Of a stretch of 64,000 nt of DNA, positions 57,671-64,000 are shown piece after piece. Within the stretch, counting starts at the first letter, position 1; every line of letters starts with the position of its first letter. Source of the stretch: Nemertoderma westbladi (Eukaryota; Animalia; Xenacoelomorpha); assembly GCA_032718475.1 (NCBI GenBank), contig JAUCBJ010003629.1:21485-85484 (forward strand), in the 5' to 3' direction. A program made the position numbers and the translations under genes. The notes under the pieces were generated by a model, which worked only from the letters and a program-made list of their open reading frames with translations, was not told where the DNA came from and did no database searches.

Positions 57671-57960
57671 TTAATCATTATTTATATACCACCTACTTAC
57701 ATTTGCTACTTTAGGAGTATTTGAATACGAAACATCGCAGTGACAACAAATACGTTTCAGATTATTCCCACTTGTACTGCGACAATCAAAAAGGGTTAAA
57801 TATGATAAGAAACGAAGTGTAGGCTTAGCACTATGAAGTAAACCAATGCAAAATTTCACAAACCGACTGCACAACATTGACATAGGGTACGGATAGTGGA
57901 CTAAACCTTCTACAAAATAGCGATGTTTATTGTAGGGTAACCCCCACATGAATGACTTAT
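57671..57960 (-). pseudogene. C-terminal ORF2 remnant of a non-LTR retrotransposon (RTEX/Daphne-like)
   Basis: WGLPYNKH...LCSRFVKF...S pattern typical of post-RT C-termini. Confidence 0.6.
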
Positions 57961-58650
57961 ATTGTTCTAAATTTTATTGTGGAGCATCGCGAAGGCTCAA
58001 AATTTCAACACTTTGGGATCCGTCTAGATATCGATGAAATTTATGTTAGCTTATCCAATTCCACTAACACAAACCCATAAAGTCAACTGTTAAGCAATAT
58101 TGGGGGCCACGAGATTGGGTAACCAACAACTCGTGTCACCCCAACAAAGTGGGAAGGAGAAACACACAATAAGGGTCAGGGGCCAAACCCTTAACAGAGG
58201 GACAATAGCTGGAGTGAACGGAAACACTCCAAAGGGCGCCAACAGGGACATTAGCCAATCAGAGGGGGGAAAGGCATCGGTTAGGTACAGTAGCAAGGCC
58301 AACCCGTAGAAAGCAATATATCATTAGGTACCAGTAATCATCTCATTCAGTTATATCAGTGTTATTGGTGTTACAGTAGCAATAGTTTAGCTAGGGAAGT
58401 ACCGGGATTTCAATTACCGTTTCCCGCCTTCCGTGTACAACAACATATTATCTATATCTATACTATGCATCCCGAATATTATATACAACGAACAACGTAA
58501 ACTCTTTTATCTTTCACACACGGCGGGGACGCGTGAATTGACAAACCGGATAAACCGGGATCCTTCCTGGATCCCGTCACAGTAATTGAATCAGAGCTAC
58601 CGCCCTAGTTAAACTCAGTGGCTAGAGACTAGCCACCACATCCCAGCGAG

Positions 58651-59991
58651 ATGAGTCAGTCAGGAGAGACGACACCGCCGCGGACCCCGGACGACGATCT
58701 AACGATCCGCGAGGCCGCGACGAGACGGTACAAACCCACGACGCCGGACCCATCGATAACGGGCGACCCGGTAACCGAAGATGAGGGGGGCCGTCTACAA
58801 AGAGAGGACGAGTCGGGAGCCGAAAAGGAGAAAGACGAGTCGACGCGGAGCGAGGGTCGACGTACCGATGTCGCCGGCCAGCCACAGGCCGAGGGCGACG
58901 GACGGCCCACCGGAACGGCGACGGTGGGGCCGCCGGTACGACGTCGGACCCGGAGAGATGGAGGAGAGGTCGGCAACGAGGACGTCGGGGTTTCTGATCG
59001 ACTTCGACGGGCCTACAACGCGACCCGGAAACTACTTAAGGAGGCCATAGAGGGGGTGAGGATAGACGAGGTAAAGTTGACAAAGGGACTAGGTGAGTCG
59101 GATAAACATTTTGGTTATCTAAAGCGTTCTGGGCAGGAAGAACTAGCCAGCGAGAGAGCGAGAGGGGTTGCAAACGAACTGCTTGAACTATGGGAGTGTG
59201 GGGGTATGGAACCTAGCGTAGTGTACGTAGGGCCATACTTAGTCGATGCCCGGGGAGTAAAATTAGTGGGTTGGAAGAGACCTGAGGAGGGCGAATCCGA
59301 GGTTAAACCCGAGGATTCGGTCTCGTCGGTCGGAGGAAGTTCCGGGAGGCGGGGGAAAGTTGGTGGGACGGAGGGGCGACGGGAGTCCGTCGCAACCGAT
59401 AAGTCTGCTACATCCTCCGCAAAAGAAAGAAGGGTGCGGGAGATAAATCTAGAGTATAAATTAGAAATGGTGGCGAATGAGCAGAAACGGTTAGAGAGAC
59501 AATTGAGAGAGAGAACCGCATTCTCAGAGGAGTTAGGAGAGTCGGAAAGGGAGTATAGAGAGAAAGCCGAGGAGTGTAGAGAGAGAGCCAAGGAGTGTAG
59601 AGAGCGAGAGATGAGAGTAGAGAACGAGCCGGCGAGGCGGCTTGAGATGGTTGCGAGAGTGGCAGAGTCGGCCGAGCAGGATATGCGAGAGAGAGGGATA
59701 GAGAGTAAGCGCGTGCAGGATGATTTGCGTGCCCAGCTAGGGAGGCTTACGCAACATCAAGCCAAACTGAATCAGCGCCGACTAGAACTGGCGCGGTTGG
59801 AACTGTCAGAGAGTGAGACCCCACTTACAGCACCGGGCGAGAGAACCAGAACTGGTGTAGCCGTACGGGCGGGGGGGGGGGGGGGGGGTAGTAGTAGTAC
59901 GTTAGAAATAGTTAATATTAATAGTACCGTAGTAGATAACCCTAATCCCTTTATTACAGAAATAATATTTTACCTGGTAGTAGTAATTTAA
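58651..59991 (+). CDS. Gag-like N-terminal coiled-coil ORF of element 3
   Basis: Starts 70 bp after the LTR end; VKPEDSVSSVG motif and E/R-rich helix typical of Bel/Pao gag N-termini; poly-G run near 59870. Confidence 0.65.
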   Translation: MSQSGETTPPRTPDDDLTIREAATRRYKPTTPDPSITGDPVTEDEGGRLQREDESGAEKEKDESTRSEGRRTDVAGQPQAEGDGRPTGTATVGPPVRRRTRRDGGEVGNEDVGVSDRLRRAYNATRKLLKEAIEGVRIDEVKLTKGLGESDKHFGYLKRSGQEELASERARGVANELLELWECGGMEPSVVYVGPYLVDARGVKLVGWKRPEEGESEVKPEDSVSSVGGSSGRRGKVGGTEGRRESVATDKSATSSAKERRVREINLEYKLEMVANEQKRLERQLRERTAFSEELGESEREYREKAEECRERAKECREREMRVENEPARRLEMVARVAESAEQDMRERGIESKRVQDDLRAQLGRLTQHQAKLNQRRLELARLELSESETPLTAPGERTRTGVAVRAGGGGGGSSSTLEIVNINSTVVDNPNPFITEIIFYLVVVI

Positions 59992-60170
59992 ATTTAAATT
60001 CAAATAATAACATTAATTCAAATATTCAGAATAATTCAAATAATTCGAATAATAATTTAAATTTAGAAAATAATAATAATTCTAATTTAAATAATTTAAA
60101 TAATAATCCCGTTTCAAATTCTAATAATTTAATTGATTTAACAAATAATATTGGGAATGGTGCTATTAAT

Positions 60171-62323
60171 GTGAGCGTGTCGGACGTACATAACCCGGCA
60201 GACGGGGGCCTGGTAGGCCACGCAGTTAGTAGGCAGGAGGTGGCGGGGTTGAGCCAACCCGACGGCGGCCTGGTAGGCCACGTAGTTGGTAGGCAGGAGG
60301 TAGCGGGGTTGAGCCAACCCGAGGTGGGCCTGGTGGGCCACGCAGTAGTAGAGAGAGAGGCGGGGGTGAATAGACCCAGCCCTAGTAGAGACAGTGCGTC
60401 GACTAGAGAGGGGTGTAGAGACGAAGTAAGAGATAGTGAAGTTAGATGTGGCGAGTGGGGGGGGGGCTACGGAAGCCCCACCACGAAAGATTAGTGGCGA
60501 GAGAAGGGGGGTAGAGAGTGTCCGACAAGAGGGACGCAGAAGTGTAGTAAGAGATAGTGAAGTTAGAAGTGGCGGGTGGGGGGGGGGGGGCTACGGGCAC
60601 CCCACCGCGAGGGATTAGTAGCGAGAGAGGGGGGGCAGAGAGTGTCCCACAGGCGTCGGCGGATAATGCGCGGGCCGAGCTAGGTAAACCGCAACACCCG
60701 GCGACGGAGAGTAATAGGGGGATTGCGAGTATCCCCAGCGGCGTGCGATCGAGCAGAGAGAGGCAGGTTGACGTCGCGAGAGGGCAGACGAAGCGTCGAG
60801 CCCGATCAGAAGAGGGAAGAAGAACAGTGGAGTTTAACCGGGAGGTCGACGAGAGATCTCATGAGCCGGAATACTGCACTGAAAAGAGAAGAAGAGGAGA
60901 TAGTAGAAAAGGTGTCGCCACGAACGATAGGAGTGCGAGGACGGATAGCGGACCGTCGATAGTAGAGATGGAGTCAGGGAGTCAGTGGGGTCGAACTTCG
61001 GGAGATTGCCGTCGCCCCGGAGAAACGCACCGCACGCCAAGAGAGGGGTGCAGGACGTACCAATACAAAGTCGAGAACAGGAGAGGGGATCGGAGGGAGG
61101 CTTCCCGACGGGATATAGCTGCCGATCGAGAGTACGGTAGTCGCCGGGAGATTCGAGATTCGCGAAGATTAAACTTCGGTTCGAAAGGGCACATGCAGAC
61201 TGCAGGACATACTGTAGGCCTTACTGCACATACTATTATAGGCCATGCTGGGAGAGATAGAGTAGGCGATAGGGTAGCGCGAACGACGGGATTAAACCCG
61301 GAAGCCGCGGAGTACATACCGGTAGGTAGGCAGGAAGTGGGTAGGCCTATATCGGTACAGCAGCATGACTATAATACACAGGGACATAACATATATCCAG
61401 GGGAGGGGGGAGTTATTGGAGATAGACGTATGGGCCCCAATATATTAACATCAACCCCAGTACCAAACATACCGGCCGGGGGGGGGGGGGGGGGGCAGGG
61501 TGACATTCCCCCATCACAATATCGACAATATACCCCGATAGGAGCAAGAACATCGAACTCCCTGGACGAGAACAGGTCGTGCGGACAGTCGCTACCACAC
61601 GCGGCCGTACAGGGGACTGCTAGTCCACAGTTAGCTGGTAGCAGGGCCACACCGTGGCAGGGACAGAAAGAAAATAACACCAAAAATAAACATAATCCCA
61701 ATATACCCAGTAGGCCGAGTCTAGACAATCGAAACATTAAATCGGTACATATAAACCTAAGCGCGATACGTGAAGGACTATACAGGAAACGCTATAATCC
61801 AGGATTCCAATGTCAATTACATCGGGACGGAACCCATAAGACCAGGAGTTGCAAGTACTGGCAAGCGTTGCCCAAACGAGATCGTGTAGCCTACACAGAC
61901 GCAAACGGACTATGTCATCGATGTGTGGTAAAAGGACACAGATCCGGAGAGTGCTGGAAAGGGAGAGGATGTGAAAGGACTAAACCAGGGGCAGAGAAGT
62001 CCATGAGCAAACATAAAGGAGTCGGGAAAGTAGAAGGAGGCGTGTTGCATACGCACGCAGGACTGACACAGTGCGAGGGGGCATTACATGGGCAGACGTC
62101 GTGTATACCGAGGGACAAGCGGGGGTCGTCGAGGCCTTTAATGCCAGCGCAGTCGAAGAGAGTGTGGCGAAGAGTTAGAGGACGTATAGGAGGGCAGCGG
62201 GAGAATGCCTACTGGAAGAAGGGGCACCAGAAAATTTTTAGTCGTCCAAAGTTTTGGACTGAGGGGGGTGGGAATGAGGGCGAGACGCCCTTCCCACGCA
62301 TAAAATATAAAATAATTATTTAA
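60171..62323 (+). pseudogene. Gag C-terminal region of element 3 with zinc knuckles, broken near poly-G runs
   Basis: CQLHRDGTHKTRSC...GLCHRCVVKGHRSGEC; ORFs 60171-60494, 60436-60618 and 60557-62323 overlap around G homopolymers. Confidence 0.7.
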
Positions 62324-62379
62324 TTAAAAACAATAAAATAATTAAATAATAAAGTAGGTAGAAGTTAGGTAGTAAGAGA

Positions 62380-63900
62380 GTAGTACCGTTAGTTAGTTAG
62401 TTAGTTAGTTAGTTAGGAGGTACGTAGTACCGAGAGTTAGGAGTCAGTTAGTTAGAGGTGTTAGAGAAGTAGTAAGAGGGTACGTAGTACCGTTGGTTAG
62501 TAGAGTTAGAGGTTAGTAAGAGGGTACGTAGTACCGGTTAGTAAGAGTTAGTGGAGTTAGAAGCTAGTAAGAGGGTACGTAGTACCGGTTAGTAAGAGTT
62601 AGTGGAGTTAGAAGCTAGTAAGAGGGTACGTAGTACCAGTTAGTAAGAGTTAGTGGAGTTGGAAGTTAGTAAGAGGGTACGTAGTACCGGTTAGTAAGAG
62701 GGTACGTAGTACCGGTTAGCAAGAGTTAGTGGAGTTGGAAGTTAGTAAGAGGGTACGTAGTACCGATACTTAGTAGAGTTAGGAGTAGTAAGAGGGTACG
62801 TAGTACCGATAGTTAGTAGAGTTAGGAGTAGTAAGAGGGTACGTAGTACCATTAGTTAGAGAGTTAGTAAGAATTAGAGGGTACGTAGTACTGTTAGTTA
62901 GAGAGAGTAAGAGTAAGAAGGTACGTAGTACCCTTAGTTAGTAAAGAGAGTTAGATAAGTTAGTGAGAGGGTACGTAGTACCGTTAAGAGAGAGTTAGCA
63001 GAATAGAGTTAGTAGTAGAATGGTTGTGGGCACCGGAAGCGCCACGTAGAAAGTAGTAGCAGTAAGTTGAGGTTGTGGGCACCGTAAGCGCCACATAGTT
63101 CGAGTTAGTAGGGGATGCGCTGAACTTAGTGGGGCATGGGCGTGATGACGTGATTGATGTAAGAGCAGGGTATGTTAATTAGGGTGGGTGCCGGGCACAA
63201 GAGGTGCTGGGCACAAAAGTTAGTAGTAGAGTTAGTTGAGTTAGTAGAGAGTTAGTAGAGTTAGTAGTGGAGTTAGTAGAGAGTTAGTAGAGTTAGTAGA
63301 GAGTTAGTAGAGTTAGTAAGAGTTAGTAGTAGTTCACATAATTAACGTACCCACTCTGCCAGCACTCAGAGCGTCACGTGCAGTCGAGTAGACGAAAGGG
63401 AGTAAGATGTAGATAGAGTAGAGTGTAGAGACGGGCACATAGGGTGCCAGGTAGTAAAGTTAGAGAGTTAGAGGTAGTAGAGAGGGCACATAGGGTGCCA
63501 GGTAGTAGAGTTAGAGAGTTAGAAGTAGTAGAGACGGGCACATAGGGTGCCAGGTAGTAGAGTTAGAGGTAGTAGAGAGGGCACATAGGGTGCCAAGTAG
63601 TAGAGTTAGAGGTAGTAGTGATGGGCACATAGGGTGCCAGGTGGTAGAGTTAGAGAGTTAGAGGTAGTAGTGACGGGCACATAGGGTGCCAGGTGGTAGA
63701 GTTAGAGAGTTAGAGGTAGTAGAGTAGTAGAGAGGGCACATAGGGTGCCAGATAGTAGAGTGGTCGTGGGCACCATGAGCGCCACATAGTTAGAAGAGTC
63801 GGTAAGAGTTAGAGAGAGTTAGTAGAAGTAGAGAGTTAGTAGGAGTTAGTTAGACTTAGTAGAGTTAAAGTTAGTAGGCTTAGAGAGATAGTTAGAGTTA
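62380..63900 (+). repeat. C-poor tandem arrays carrying repeated mini-hairpins
   Basis: About 13 GGTACGTAGTAC(C) and 7 GGCACATAGGGTGCC units separated by (GTTA/GAGA/GTA) linkers. Confidence 0.9.
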
Positions 63901-64000
63901 GTTAGCACACTAAAAACCCACTACCCAGTGACAGTTGACAGCAACCCAGTGGCATCTTAGTAGTGACGTATAGTACATGATACCGGCCCTACGCCTAGCT

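Larger units (their letters stand above)
58088..64000 (+). mobile_element. Bel/Pao-like LTR element 3, gag-like only in the visible part, runs off the window
   Basis: Putative LTR from ~58088 (TGTTAAG, uncertain) to 58581 (GTCACA); gag-like ORFs; long repetitive downstream region; second LTR and TSD not visible. Confidence 0.7.

Noticed and set aside
58582-58597. tRNA-iMet PBS (ATCAGAGC resembles TGGTATCAGAGC)
   Set aside because: Lacks TGG and is offset from the LTR end; the LTR-internal complement explains it better
62380-63900. CRISPR-like repeat-spacer appearance (also 701-1890)
   Set aside because: Spacers are low-complexity and related to each other, no cas genes, eukaryotic TE context

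Overview
AT-rich animal (invertebrate-like) genomic DNA made almost entirely of transposable elements and tandem repeats. The only host gene piece I can support is one spliced exon (3271-3435) of an aminergic class A GPCR. Three Bel/Pao LTR retrotransposons dominate. Element 1 (4169-15414, +) encodes gag-protease only. Element 2 (22368-40842, -) encodes RT-RNase H-integrase but its gag lacks the capsid, zinc-knuckle and protease core. Element 3 (from about 58088, +) is gag-like and runs off the window. Also present: a P element with a nested RTE LINE and a hammerhead/tRNA palindrome, other RTE, CR1 and non-LTR fragments, a foldback element, piggyBac-type MITEs, a tRNA SINE and minisatellites. 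Two main observations: (1) elements 1 and 2 carry homologous accessory ORFs in the env position, built on a triple Cys/His zinc-knuckle module, and in element 2 this is fused to a DEDDy (WRN/EXD/MUT-7-like) 3'-5' exonuclease; (2) none of the three elements has a tRNA-type PBS, and in each the 11-12 nt after the 5' LTR are complementary to a site in its own LTR, suggesting tRNA-independent self-priming. All family calls come from motif recognition by eye; no database search was run.
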